Below, piece by piece: positions 1 to 11,800 of a stretch of DNA of 64,000 nt. Origin of the DNA: Octopus bimaculoides. Taxonomy: Eukaryota. Position 1 is the first letter of the stretch, and every line of letters starts with the position of its first letter. Where the stretch lies: positions 96,416,754 through 96,480,753 of the forward strand of contig NC_068985.1 in the NCBI RefSeq assembly GCF_001194135.2, given 5' to 3'. The notes below the pieces were generated by a model. The model was not told where the DNA came from. It worked only from the letters and a program-made list of their open reading frames with translations, and made no database searches. The position numbers were made by a program, and so were the translations under genes.

Positions 1-40
<40 letters not shown>

Positions 41-1050
41 TGTATGTATAATTTTATATTGCATTTTGTGAACAATACTTTTCTCGGTTATAGGCTTGCA
101 AACATCACCTCACTGCATTGTTAACAAAGGCGATTAGGACAAAGGAATACCTGTGCAACTCGTGCGGAACAAATATCAAAATATCACAAGCATTCAACCA
201 CCCACACACGCGCGCACAATGTATGTGTGAGTGCGCGTGTGCGCGTTTGTGTGTGTGTGTTGCAATGTAAGAATTGTAGAATATATATAAACATTTTATA
301 TAGTGCATTTATAAATATTATATCAAAAACAGGAAATTGCTTTGAATCCCTCCCTAAGTTGATCACGACTGTCGTGACAAACCAGAACCACATAACGAAT
401 CGGTTTGACAAATAGATATCGATAAAATAACTACCAAGCTAAAATAAGTATTGACACAAAAAAATCGATTTCATTAACTTGAAAGAGTTCGTGTCCCAGC
501 AATGTGTACGTGCGCCCGGCACACACACACACGCGTACATGCACACACACACGCATACATGCACACACACATATACACGTATATTTGAATGTAAAATTAC
601 TTCCGGTTCTGATGTAATTTTTTTTTTACATAGGTAGTTCTTCATTTCAGTTGTCGAAAATATCTAACCCTAACAAAAATAAGTAGTACCCGTATTTCAA
701 AGGGCCAGCTTTGTCACACTCTGTCTCACGTTGAATCTCCATGAGAACTACGAGCAGTCTATTCCGTTGATCGTATCAGCTGGGACTCCTGTGGTCGTAA
801 TCTAATGGTCTTAACTTAGTTTTTCCTTGGGGCTGGCCAGATTGGAGCAAAGTCGAGAATAGCCAGCCGAAATTGCAAAGCTAATCTGGATCTCGACTGA
901 AGAGAGAAAACTTCGAATGACATGTCCGTGTTTTCTTTGTATCGTCTATCTGGATGTTTTGTCCCTTTCATGTATCACTTAACAGTCTGGATGTTTTGCG
1001 TTCTTGTCTCATTCTGTATTTTATATATATATATATAATTCATCTACGGT

Positions 1051-1438
1051 TGTTGTTGTTGGCACTCCGTCGCTTACGACGTCGAGGGTTCCAGTTGATA
1101 TGATCAACGGAACAGCCTGCTCGTGAAATTAACGTGCAAGTGGCTGAGCACTCCACAGACACGTGTACCCTTAACGCAGTTCTCGGGGATATTCAAAGTG
1201 ACACAGTGTGACAAGGCTGACCCTTTGAATTATAGGCACAACAGAAACAGGAAGTAAGAGTGAGAGAAAGTTGTAGTGAAAGAGTACAGCAGGGTTCGCT
1301 ACAATCCCCTGCCGGAGCCTTGTGGAGCTTTAGGTGTTTTCGCTCAATAAACACTCACAACGCCCGGTCTGGGAATCGAAACCACGATCCTATGACTGCG
1401 AGTCCGCTGCCCTAACCACTGGGCCATTGCGCCTCCAC
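1051..1438 (-). mobile_element. Full-length tRNA-derived SINE (family B) with a 10-bp TSD
   Basis: Head GGAGGCGCAATGGCCCAGTGG (A box) ... GGTTTCGATTCCC (B box), (CAA)n tail, TSD catctacggt at 1041-1050 and 1440-1449. Near-identical copies at 28548-28927 and 31364-31722. Confidence 0.88.
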
Positions 1439-2064
1439 CCATCTACGGTAGTAGTTGAGTAATATTCTTTAGGCCGCGATTTACTCACACGCAGCATGTT
1501 TCAGAGCTTGTCGCTAATTGACTGCTTAATCAAATTAAAAACTGTTAACATTTTTGAAGAGGACTCGTTAGTAGCTACATTTTGGCATAATAAAAATTGA
1601 GATTTGATCCAGTAGAAAAAAGTTTACACCAAAATTTAGTAGCAACATTATAGGAGAGTAAGTAACGCCACCAATCAAGTTTAGATCTAAATAACTTTTT
1701 CATTTTAAAGCGAAAATACAAGAATAAGCATATTAAGAATAAGCATATTAAAAGGGGTCCGTGGAAAAAATCATTTGAATATAAGGGTTGGGAACCACTG
1801 TCTTATGGCGATAGTTGCGTGGCAGTCATCTCTGTCCATATGCAGGGACGAAAGTAAATCAGAACAACCAGGCTGCATGTGAGCCGGCTATCATCTGACA
1901 AAACGAGGCAATCCCTATCATCATATATTCGTGTGTGTGTGTGTGTGTGTGTGACCGCGCACGCCTGTGTACGCGTGTGTGTATGCATGTATGTATGAAC
2001 TTATACATACATGCTTAAATACATAAATGTATACATGCAGACAGACAGACATACAAGGAATATT

Positions 2065-2332
2065 CCCATCAAAACTTATGTCAAATGTAAACATAACAGG
2101 CCGGATATTGTTTAGTTCGGAGAGGCAAAGGTATGTACCATCATAGAGGTCAGCTTCCCTGTAGATATAAATATCTCTTTGAAAGTCGAAGGAAAAGAGG
2201 ATACCTGTGGACAACTGCTTCGAAACCTCCAGCTTCTACACCCAGACTATGAATTCATATTCATACCAATAATAATTTGTTACTAAATGCTTAAAGGAGA
2301 ATCTGGATAAACTGGGATTTTCGGAAAGAGAA
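2065..2332 (+). mobile_element. R4/Dong (NeSL-group)-like non-LTR retrotransposon remnant, restriction-like endonuclease (PD-(D/E)xK) domain
   Basis: Frameshifted translation PIKTYVKCKHNRPDIV / EAKVCTIIEVSFPVDINISLKVEGKEDTCGQLLRNLQLLHPDYEFIFIPIII / VTKCLKENLDKLGFSERE fits the HNRPDIV...IIEVS.P.D...K..K..Y..L...IPIIIG pattern. Confidence 0.75.
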
Positions 2333-2428
2333 GAAGAAGAAGAAGAAGAAGAAGAAGAAGAAGAAGAAGAAGAAGAAGAAGAAGAAGAAATAATAATAAT
2401 AATAATAAGAAGAAGAAGAAGAAGAAGA

Positions 2429-2497
<69 letters not shown>

Positions 2498-2720
2498 AAG
2501 AAGAAGAAATAATAATAATAAGAAGAAGAAAAAAAAGAAGAAGAAGAATTATGAAGAAGAAAAATAAATAAGNNNNNNNNNNNNNNNNNNNNNNNNNNNN
2601 NNNNNNCGGAAAGAGAAGAAGAAGAAGAAGAAGAAGAAGAAGAAGAAGAAGAAGAAGAAGAAGAAGAAGAAGAACAAGAAGAAGAACAACAACAACAACA
2701 GCACCACCACCACCACCATC
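2328..2720. repeat. Compound (GAA)n/(TAA)n/(CAA)n/(CAC)n microsatellite with a small N gap
   Basis: Directly visible. Confidence 0.95.
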
Positions 2721-4212
2721 ACCAATTACAACAACAATAGAGCAGACATTGAGAATGAAAGACGTCAACGGTTTTTAGCTAATTGAGAGGGAAAGACTAG
2801 TAAAACGGACCTTTAGAAATATAATGGAAATAACCGTTAAAGAATAGCCAATGGGAAATATTTGCTTCAATAACATCAGCCTATTAGAGAACTGTGCGAC
2901 AATTCTGGGAAAATCACAATGATATGATGATAATCTTTGTGTCGCTACCAATCCCTGAAACTTTAGCAGACGATCGTAACGTCAACCAAACAGCAGACGT
3001 CAGAGACACACGTACACGCATGCACAGTGGCACGTACGCTTACAGATGCACGCGCAGATACACATACGCACACGCATACACATGGAGGCACGCGCACGCG
3101 CACAGTCAAGGAACTTTTGTCGTTTCTATTCGTCGACGCCTTAATAAATTCGGTCAGAACAAGTACGGCTATCGAATACTTACACCCACATATACATACA
3201 TGCATGCATACATGCACATACACACAGATATAAACATATACGTACATATATGCACATACATACACACACACACATATTTTATATATATGTATATACACAC
3301 ACACACATTCATACACATTCATACAGTGTACGTATATATTATAAACTCTTTATGTGTATTATATTCTATATAAGATATTATATTGCAGTATGTACATAAT
3401 ATAATATATAAACGCATTTTAATTTTACTTACACACACACACACATATACATATATACACACACACTCACGTAAATACATACGTATATATATATGATATA
3501 GATATAAACACACACACATTCTTTAATGTACACAGTATATATTTATGAGCTATGTATGCATACATTACACTCTTTTACTTGTTTCAGTCATTTTAACTGT
3601 GGCCATGCTGGAGCACTGCTTTTAGTCAAGCAAATCCACCCCAGGACTTATTTTTTGTGAGCCTAGTACTTTATCGGGGTCTTTAACCGAACCGCTAGGT
3701 TACGGGGACGTAAACACACCAACATCGGTTGTCAAGCGATGTTGTGTGTGTGTGTGTGGGGGGGAATACAGACACATATACACACACATACATACATACA
3801 TACATGTATATATATATATATATATATNNNNNNNNNNNNNNNNNNNNNNNNNNNNNNNNNNNNNNNNNNNNNNNNNNNNNNNNNNNNNNNNNNNNNNNNN
3901 NNNNNNNNNNNNNNNNNNNNNNNNNNNNNNNNNNNNNNNNNNNNNNNNNNNNNNNNNNNNNNNNNNNNNNNNNNNNNNNNNNNNNNNNNNNNNNNNNNNN
4001 NNNNNNNNNNNNNNNNNNNNNNNNNNNNNNNNNCCGGACAGAATACATTATTTGTTGGTGTTACATCTAACGGAAAAGTAAACTTCATACATACATACAT
4101 TTGTGTGTATATATATTCACAATCATATATATATATATATATATATATAGGAAAATTTACGAAAAAAAACAACAAAAGGATGTATTAGTTTAACGCTCGG
4201 GAATAGAGAAAG

Positions 4213-4249
4213 TCTTTAACGTTTCGAGCTACGCTCTTCAACAGAAAGA
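4213..4249 (-). ncRNA. Candidate minimal type I hammerhead ribozyme in a Penelope-like remnant
   Basis: Minus strand reads UCUUU-CUGUUGA-A-GAGC(GUA)GCUC-GAA-ACGU-U-AAAGA: 5-bp stem I, 4-bp stem II, palindromic loopless stem III and a GUU cleavage triplet. The core has U at position 6. Confidence 0.6.
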
Positions 4250-4325
4250 ATACGGAGAAAACAAGGAGAAAAACACGGAGAAAAATTGAATGTTTTGGTC
4301 AGCGATCTATCATGGCGTATACACA

Positions 4326-4440
4326 TACGTGTTCTGATCAATAAGTATCCGGACTGTTGCTATAGCAACGAAGCTTAAAGTGAAGCTGCTTGGCACCGAT
4401 TGACCTTGAACTCTGTTGTACATGCGCACTAAGTTTTAAC
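4326..4440 (+). mobile_element. Mariner-type 5' terminal fragment
   Basis: Starts TA-cgtgttctgatcaataagtatccggactg, a typical mariner TIR-like sequence. No partner TIR or ORF seen. Confidence 0.45.
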
Positions 4441-4444
4441 GTTC

Positions 4445-4738
4445 TATCAGGTCATCCCGTAAGTTCTGTCCGATTTTACCTTTTTTTAAAATTGAATAAA
4501 ATTTGAAATTTAATAATATTTTAGAACGTTTAATGGAATTTAAAATCACTTTTATGCATTTGTGTACATTTAAACTAATTAAAGTAATTAATATTATTTT
4601 CCAGAATAATAGAATTTAAAATTTCTTTGATTAAAACCCTTTCTAACATGGAAGTATCCAAAGAGCATTTAAGGCACATAATGCTTTATGAGTACAAAAA
4701 AGGAAACTCTGCAGCCGAAGCGACTCGAAACATGCAAG
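4445..4738 (+). mobile_element. Mariner transposon 5' fragment with transposase N-terminus (truncated)
   Basis: TA plus TIR-like tcaggtcatcccgtaagttctgtccgatttt. ATG at 4648 gives MEVSKEHLRHIMLYEYKKGNSAAEATRNMQ, the HTH start typical of Mos1/Hsmar-type transposases. Confidence 0.85.
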
Positions 4739-5989
4739 TTATTACACTTGGAAAAGTTCAGGACTAATTATTACATCTGGTAAAGTACAGAACAAGAACA
4801 ATTTTAGTCTTGACCCATTGCCTATTTTTTACATAATCAATTTGTGACACCAGTTTATGGCGACCCACTTAACTCTACTGGTTAAAAACATTAATGAAAG
4901 AAACAAATTTATTTCAGATTACATTTNNNNNNNNNNNNNNNNNNNNNNNNNNNNNNNNNNNNNNNNNNNNNNNNNNNNNNNNNNNNNNNNNNNNNNNNNN
5001 NNNNNNNNNNNNNNNNNNNNNNNNNNNNNNNNNNNNNNNNNNNNNNNNNNNNNNNNNNNNNNNNNNNNNNNNNNNNNNNNNNNNNNNNNNNNNNNNNNNN
5101 NNNNNNNNNNNNNNNNNNNNNNNNNNNNNNNNNNNNNNNNNNNNNNNNNNNNNNNNNNNNNNNNNNNNNNNNNNNNNNNNNNNNNNNNNNNNNNNNNNNN
5201 NNNNNNNNNNNNNNNNNNNNNNNNNNNNNNNNNNNNNNNNNNNNNNNNNNNNNNNNNNNNNNNNNNNNNNNNNNNNNNNNNNNNNNNNNNNNNNNNNNNN
5301 NNNNNNNNNNNNNNNNNNNNNNNNNNNNNNNNNNNNNNNNNNNNNNNNNNNNNNNNNNNNNNNNNNNNNNNNNNNNNNNNNNNNNNNNNNNNNNNNNNNN
5401 NNNNNNNNNNNNNNNNNNNNNNNNNNNNNNNNNNNNNNNNNNNNNNNNNNNNNNNNNNNNNNNNNNNNNNNNNNNNNNNNNNNNNNNNNNNNNNNNNNNN
5501 NNNNNNNNNNNNNNNNNNNNNNNNNNNNNNNNNNNNNNNNNNNNNNNNNNNNNNNNNNNNNNNNNNNNNNNNNNNNNNNNNNNNNNNNNNNNNNNNNNNN
5601 NNNNNNNNNNNNNNNNNNNNNNNNNNNNNNNNNNNNNNNNNNNNNNNNNNNNNNNNNNNNNNNNNNNNNNNNNNNNNNNNNNNNNNNNNNNNNNNNNNNN
5701 NNNNNNNNNNNNNNNNNNNNNNNNNNNNNNNNNNNNNNNNNNNNNNNNNNNNNNNNNNNNNNNNNNNNNNNNNNNNNNNNNNNNNNNNNNNNNNNNNNNN
5801 NNNNNNNNNNNNNNNNNNNNNNNNNNNNNNNNNNNNNNNNNNNNNNNNNNNNNNNNNNNNNNNNNNNNNTGTAATATTGCTAAGACGGTGCTCATTATAT
5901 CAAGTCTTTATCTCTCTTTAAACTTCCGCAGACTAGTGTCATGCACGTATGCTACTTACATACTTCATGTCATGTTTTCATTATCACTC

Positions 5990-6594
5990 TCACCACTACC
6001 ACACTGGATCAACACTTTCACACCATCACCACCACCACCACCACCACCACCACCACCACTGCTACCAGTATCACCCCCTCAACCTATGCCAATACATCAC
6101 CGACGCCACTATCATCAACATTAATACTCAAACACTACTTCTACAGAAACACCGTTACTACAACCACCACCACTATCACTACTACCACCACCACAATACA
6201 TCACTATTATTATTACTAACATCATCACCATCATCATTGCCACCATCACCACCACCACCACCACCACCACAGTCCCCACTACCATTATCACTAGCACCGC
6301 GAGCACCCGCACCTCCAAGAAAACCATCATCATCATCGTCATCATCTCACCAGCAGCATCACCAACACGCAGAGCATTATAGCAGCAGCAGCAGCAGCAA
6401 CATCACCACCGCCACATCACCACCACCATCATCAGCACCACCACCAACAGCAGCAGCACCACCACCACCATATGGTCAGAGTAGTCGAACCCAGCACCTG
6501 TCACCTGCCTGGCTCTGATAACAGAAATATCAGGTCAGAGCTGGTTGTAATTAATACTGCAGAGTGTGGGTGGTAAAAGTAGAGTTGTTATTGT

Positions 6595-6643
<49 letters not shown>

Positions 6644-6750
6644 GGTGATGGCAGTGGTGATGGTGGGGGCTGTTGATGCTGGTGCGGTCGATGGTGGTGG
6701 CAGGTTTAGTAATAGTAGTTGTGGTGGTGATGATGATGATGATGGTGGTG
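5990..6750. repeat. Low-complexity (CAC/CAT/CAG)n tract followed by an opposite-strand (GAT/GGT)n tract
   Basis: Directly visible. Confidence 0.9.
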
Positions 6751-7894
6751 GAGGTATTCTGTTATTTGTTTCAGTCATTTGACTGCGGCCATGCAGGAGC
6801 ACCGCCTTTAGTCGAACGAATCGACCTCAGAACTCATTCTTTGTAAGCCTAGTACTTATTCTATCGGTGGCTTTTGTTGAACCACTAGTCTACGGGGACG
6901 TAATCACAGCAATATCGGTCGTCAAGCTTTGGCGGAGGGGTGGGGGGGACAAACACAGACACACAAACATGGGAGGAATTCCGATTATCCCCACGTGGTA
7001 AGTTGAAATATATATAAGAAATTAAAGAAGGAAAATGCACACACGTTACATAGTTTCAATATAATGTTTAATATATTTTATATTATGTTTGTCGACCGGT
7101 TTCGCTTTCGCTAATCATGACGTTAAAAATGTATTTAAATACGTATTTTCTTAGTGAATTGGTGGTGTAGTTGTTACTGTCGTTGTAGAGTCTTTTTTTT
7201 TTTTTTGGCGTATCGTAATCTGAACGGCTATGGTAGGTCGATAACCACACCTTGCTTTCGGTTAGTTGAGGTCCAAACAATCACACCGATGGGGGTCCAC
7301 CAAGGGAGGTTCACCAGCTAATGCGTGTGTGGTTAGGGAAGCGTCTTTGTGATCACTTGACCTGCTAAAATTAAATGTCAGGTGTCCTTCAAATATGTTT
7401 TCCTTAATTGTTTCAGGTGTCAACGTAATTAATCACCATCAGGTATAGATACCTATCCGGCCCTCCCATTCATGATCCAGTGGAGCATCCCCACTGTGAC
7501 AGCTGCAGGAAAAAAAAAGGGCAGAGCCAACATTTGGCTGGTCATGATTTTCAGCTGAGTTGACACAAGCAATGTAAAATTAAGTCCTTTGATCAAGGGT
7601 ACGGCTCTCCGCCCGGTCCTGGAATCGAACATACGGCTTTATAATCGTGAGCCCCAAATCTTAACCACTATACATAGCTCTAAAACGGTGGGTGGATGAT
7701 TATGATTAGAATGCCTTTTTGGCAATAATTTACTCGACCATGGTTCAACTCATGTTTAACAACGACCAATAAACAGATTCGGTCTGGATCTAATCAGAAA
7801 TTCAGTACTGGGCCGTTCCTCTTTAAACCCGCAAGAGGATTTGAACTCAGCACAACAAGATAACGGACCATTTGTTAATATTATAGTGATAATC

Positions 7895-8108
7895 AAGGCG
7901 GTGAGCTGGCAGAATCGTTAGCACGCCAGGCAAAATGCTTAGCGGTATTTCGTCTGCCGTTACGTTCTGAGTTCAAATTCCGCCGAGGTCGACTTTGCCT
8001 TTCATCCTTTCGGGGTGAATAAAATAAGTACCGGTTGAGTACTGGGGTCGATGTAATCAACTAGTCCTCTTCCCCAAAATTTCAGGCCTTGTGTCTAGAG
8101 TAGAAAGG
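7895..8108 (+). mobile_element. tRNA-derived SINE family C (central gcctttcatcctttcggggtcgataaa..agtacc domain)
   Basis: A-box-like GAGCTGGCAGAATCG and B-box-like GAGTTCAAATTCC. The central block resembles conserved SINE superfamily domains (Deu/Nin or Meta; not verified). At least 14 copies in the window. Confidence 0.85.
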
Positions 8109-8529
8109 CTATTTATTTAGTTCCAAGTTGGTAATGACCGAGTAGATCTTAGATTAACGTTCTTTTTACGCATCTAAAATTACACTATAGAACATTTTTC
8201 AGACTGTAAGGTGCGAGTTGAAGGAATTTGCTACTATTTCTAGCAGGTCTAGATACTGCCTAGAGGCTTGATAGCTCGAGAAATACTTGTTTAACGATAC
8301 TGAAGCCTGCTGTCCCGGTCTTTCCTGATAAAAGATTTTCCAGCCATCACCATGACAACATTCTTCAGCAAATATAACGCATCAACACTGTTTTACCTTA
8401 AGTTTAACTTGATTAGTTACTTTTCCAGCTGATCGAGGGACTCACAGAAATAAAAATCTGTTACCTGACCTATGATTGAAGGCGTTCCTGCCGTGACCAT
8501 CCCATTTTGTCTTTTTGTGTGATAAGAAG

Positions 8530-8815
8530 CTTGTTTCCTGACTACATGGTTCCGGGTTCAGTGCTACTGCGTGGCACCTTGGTCAAGAGTATTCTACTAT
8601 ACCCTTGACCGACCAAAGCCTTCTGTATAGATATGGTAGACGGTGTTGGTGTGCTTACTTCCCCGTAACCTAACGGTTCGGCAAAATAGATCGATAGAAT
8701 AAGTATCAGGCTTAAAAAAAGTATTGGGGTCAATTCATTCTATTAAAAATTCTTCAAGGCGGTGCCCCAGCGTGGCCCCAATCTAATGACTGAAACTAGT
8801 AAAAGGTAAGAGATA
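8530..8815 (+). mobile_element. SINE family A copy with an internal deletion
   Basis: Head catggttccgggttcagtgc...ccttggtcaag and 3' body. Confidence 0.72.
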
Positions 8816-8842
8816 AGGGGTTGCTTTAACTAATGTGTCCTA

Positions 8843-9141
8843 ATAATTGTGAGCCCCATTATCCACCATCTTTCCATAATTGTGAGCCCCATTATCCACC
8901 ATCTTTGGGGAATCTTTTTGAATTCCATACATCTAACACTTGTGGACATGCTCACAAAATCAAAAAACAACGCAACACCCAAGACTTTCGGAAACACTTT
9001 TTCACGCTCAGACTTGCTGAAGCATGAAATAAACTACTCGCATCAGTTGTTAGTTGTTGGAACTCTACATCCCTCAAGATGCTCATATTTCTGATGAGTC
9101 GTGGTGCACCTGAGCACTGTATACAATAAGTTCGTTATTAT
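8843..9141 (+). mobile_element. CR1/L2-like LINE 3' end with a 33-bp tandem duplication at the 5' truncation
   Basis: Translates IIHHL...SNTCGHAHKIKKQRNTQDFRKHFFTLRLAEA*NKL, matching the CR1/L2 ORF2 C-terminal TRGH..K...RK.FF..R....WN.L motif. Ends in a ttattat tail. Duplication at 8843-8875 / 8876-8906. Confidence 0.75.
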
Positions 9142-9794
9142 GTAAGATAAATAGATATGATTTCGGGGAGATGTAGCTGCTGTTTCGTGCAGGTCGAGCC
9201 CCCCCCCCTCCCCATACATTAACGATGCACTCAGTCATCTTCAACAACGCCCACTCCTCCACAGATGTTCTCTTCCATTCTACCCTAACCTTTCCCCAAC
9301 CATGCATCATCCACATGCAATCTAGACACCACATGTCAAAACTGCACTGATTCTTTGAGCAGACATTGAAAGCATCTGCCAATAGCGACATGGCAGTCTT
9401 GCCTCCTTCGACAGTATGTATCAACAATCACAGCGCATATCAAGGAAAGATTATCGCATCTCACCTCCTGAAACAGGAACAACAACCCTCATGATTATTC
9501 ACTCAAACGCTAAGCCGCATTGTCGTCGACGATCTATCCTGGTGAACGCAAACATAAGACCTCACAAAAGGCAACTACTCCAGCATTTGCTACGGTGTTG
9601 CGGTCACACACACAGACACACACACCCGGCGGAATTTGAAGTCAGGCGAAAGATAATGAAGCATCAACTTGGAGTGTTTCCCTTTGTTATGGGAAGATAA
9701 TTCCCACTTTAGAAGTTAGTGATTAATGAGCGATACTTAAGAACGGATTAACTCACTAAGTCGAGTACTCACTATCTACAGCAAATGAAAACGA

Positions 9795-9922
9795 AAGCTT
9801 AGTCGAACAAATCGACCACAGTGCTTTTTTATAAGTCTGGTATTTATTCTATCGATCTCTTTTACTGAACCAACGAGTTACGGGAACGTAAACAAACCAA
9901 AACCTGCTGTCGAGCAGGGGAG

Positions 9923-9959
<37 letters not shown>

Positions 9960-10135
9960 CATGCACACACACGACAGGTTTCTACACAGTTTCTGTCTAT
10001 CAAATTCACTCACAAGGCAATGATCGACTCTCGGCTACAGTAGAAGACATTTGTCCAAAGTGCCGCGTAGGGAGACTGAACCTGAAATTACGCGGTTACA
10101 ATTCTAGTTTCTTAACCACACAGCTATACCTGCAG
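9795..10135 (-). mobile_element. SINE family A copy
   Basis: 3' body, (CA)n and head recognisable. Confidence 0.72.
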
Positions 10136-10214
10136 CCATTATTTCCTCGCTGAAGAATTTTACTCAAAACGCAAGGATTGTTGCCTCTTCACGACATGCG
10201 AACTTAACGAATAT

Positions 10215-10738
10215 CGTGGCACTCCGTCGCTTACGATGTCGAGGGTTCCAGTTGATCTGATCAACGGAACAGCCTGCTCGTGAAATTAACGTGCAAGTGG
10301 CTGAGCACTCCACAGACACGTGTACCCTTAACGTAGTTCTCGAGTGAGATTCAACGTGACACAGAGTGCGACAAGGCTGGCCGTTTGAAATACATGTTTG
10401 TCGTTGGACTGTGGCCATGCTGGTGCACCGCCTTGAAGGGTTTAGTTGAACAAATCGGCTACACTATTTTAAAGCCTGACACTTAATCTGTCGATCTCTT
10501 TTACTAAGCCGATAAGTTAGGAGGACGTAAACGAACCAACACAGAAAGAGGAAGAAAGAGTGAGAGAAAGTTGTGGGGAAAGAGTACAGCAGGGTTCGCC
10601 ACTATCCCCTGCTGGGGCCTCGTGGAGCTTTAGGTGTTTTCGCTCAATAAACACCCACAGCGTCCGGTCTGAGAATAGTAACCGCGATCCTACGACCGCG
10701 AGTCCGCTGCCCTAACCACTGGTCCATTGCGCCTCCAC
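10215..10738 (-). mobile_element. SINE family B copy interrupted by a fragment of SINE family A (about 10400-10540)
   Basis: The 3' half (10215-10395) and 5' half (10545-10738) match the 1051-1438 copy; the intervening sequence matches the family A 3' body. Confidence 0.75.
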
Positions 10739-10964
10739 TTAACAAATATGATAATATTATATTTGTTAAGTGTATAACAAATAGTAAACATGTATAATAT
10801 TTCCCCACTCTATGATATACCTCTAGTAGAGATGTGTGTGGTGAGTAAATACTCCTGCTAAGCAGTAGGCAACAGATGTTCAGACGATACACACACACAC
10901 ATCTGTGTGTAATAGTGTGTGCATGCGCATGTATACGTATGCATGTGTATTTTGATGTGTGTAT

Positions 10965-11007
<43 letters not shown>

Positions 11008-11753
11008 NNNNNNNNNNNNNNNNNNNNNNNNNNNNNNNNNNNNNNNNNNNNNNNNNNNNNNNNNNNNNNNNNNNNNNNNNNNNNNNNNNNNNNNNNNNNN
11101 NNNNNNNNNNNNNNNNNNNNNNNNNNNNNNNNNNNNNNNNNNNNNNNNNNNNNNNNNNNNNNNNNNNNNNNNNNNNNNNNNNNNNNNNNNNNNNNNNNNN
11201 NNNNNNNNNNNNNNNNNNNNNNNNNNNNNNNNNNNNNNNNNNNNNNNNNNNNNNNNNNNNNNNNNNNNNNNNNNNNNNNNNNNNNNNNNNNNNNNNNNNN
11301 NNNNNNNNNNNNNNNNNNNNNNNNNNNNNNNNNNNNNNNNNNNNNNNNNNNNNNNNNNNNNNNNNNNNNNNNNNNNNNNNNNNNNNNNNNNNNNNNNNNN
11401 NNNNNNNNNNNNNNNNNNNNNNNNNNNNNNNNNNNNNNNNNNNNNNNNNNNNNNNNNNNNNNNNNNNNNNNNNNNNNNNNNNNNNNNNNNNNNNNNNNNN
11501 NNNNNNNNNNNNNNNNNNNNNNNNNNNNNNNNNNNNNNNNNNNNNNNNNNNNNNNNNNNNNNNNNNNNNNNNNNNNNNNNNNNNNNNNNNNNNNNNNNNN
11601 NNNNNNNNNNNNNNNNNNNNNNNNNNNNNNNNNATATATATACATACATATATACATATACATACATATAAATATATATACATATATATACATACATACA
11701 CATACATACATATATATATACATACATATATATATACATACATATACACACAC

Positions 11754-11800
<47 letters not shown>

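Noticed and set aside
831-898. HDV-like ribozyme reading of the pseudoknotted segment
   Set aside because: No P3/L3 or P1.1 GG/CC elements in the required positions on either strand.
1365-1438. tRNA genes at SINE heads (all families)
   Set aside because: A/B boxes are present but there is no complete cloverleaf, and each head continues into a repeated SINE body.
2608-2625. Second cggaaagagaag copy after the small gap as a real duplication
   Set aside because: More likely an assembly overlap artefact across the microsatellite gap.
4857-5921. Long ORFs spanning N gaps (also about 10.6-12.1, 15.7-16.7, 18.6-19.9, 49.6-49.9 and 55.8-57.0 kb)
   Set aside because: Open only because N codons translate as X; no coding evidence.
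5888-6802. Poly-His/Thr/Pro/Met ORFs
   Set aside because: They are translations of trinucleotide microsatellites, open in several frames, with no domain or splice support.
9091-9130. CTGATGAG as a hammerhead core
   Set aside because: No stem II followed by GAAA; it lies in the CR1-like 3' end.
9200-9610. Possible second decayed LINE fragment (KERLSHL-like peptide)
   Set aside because: Similarity is too short and weak to support by eye.
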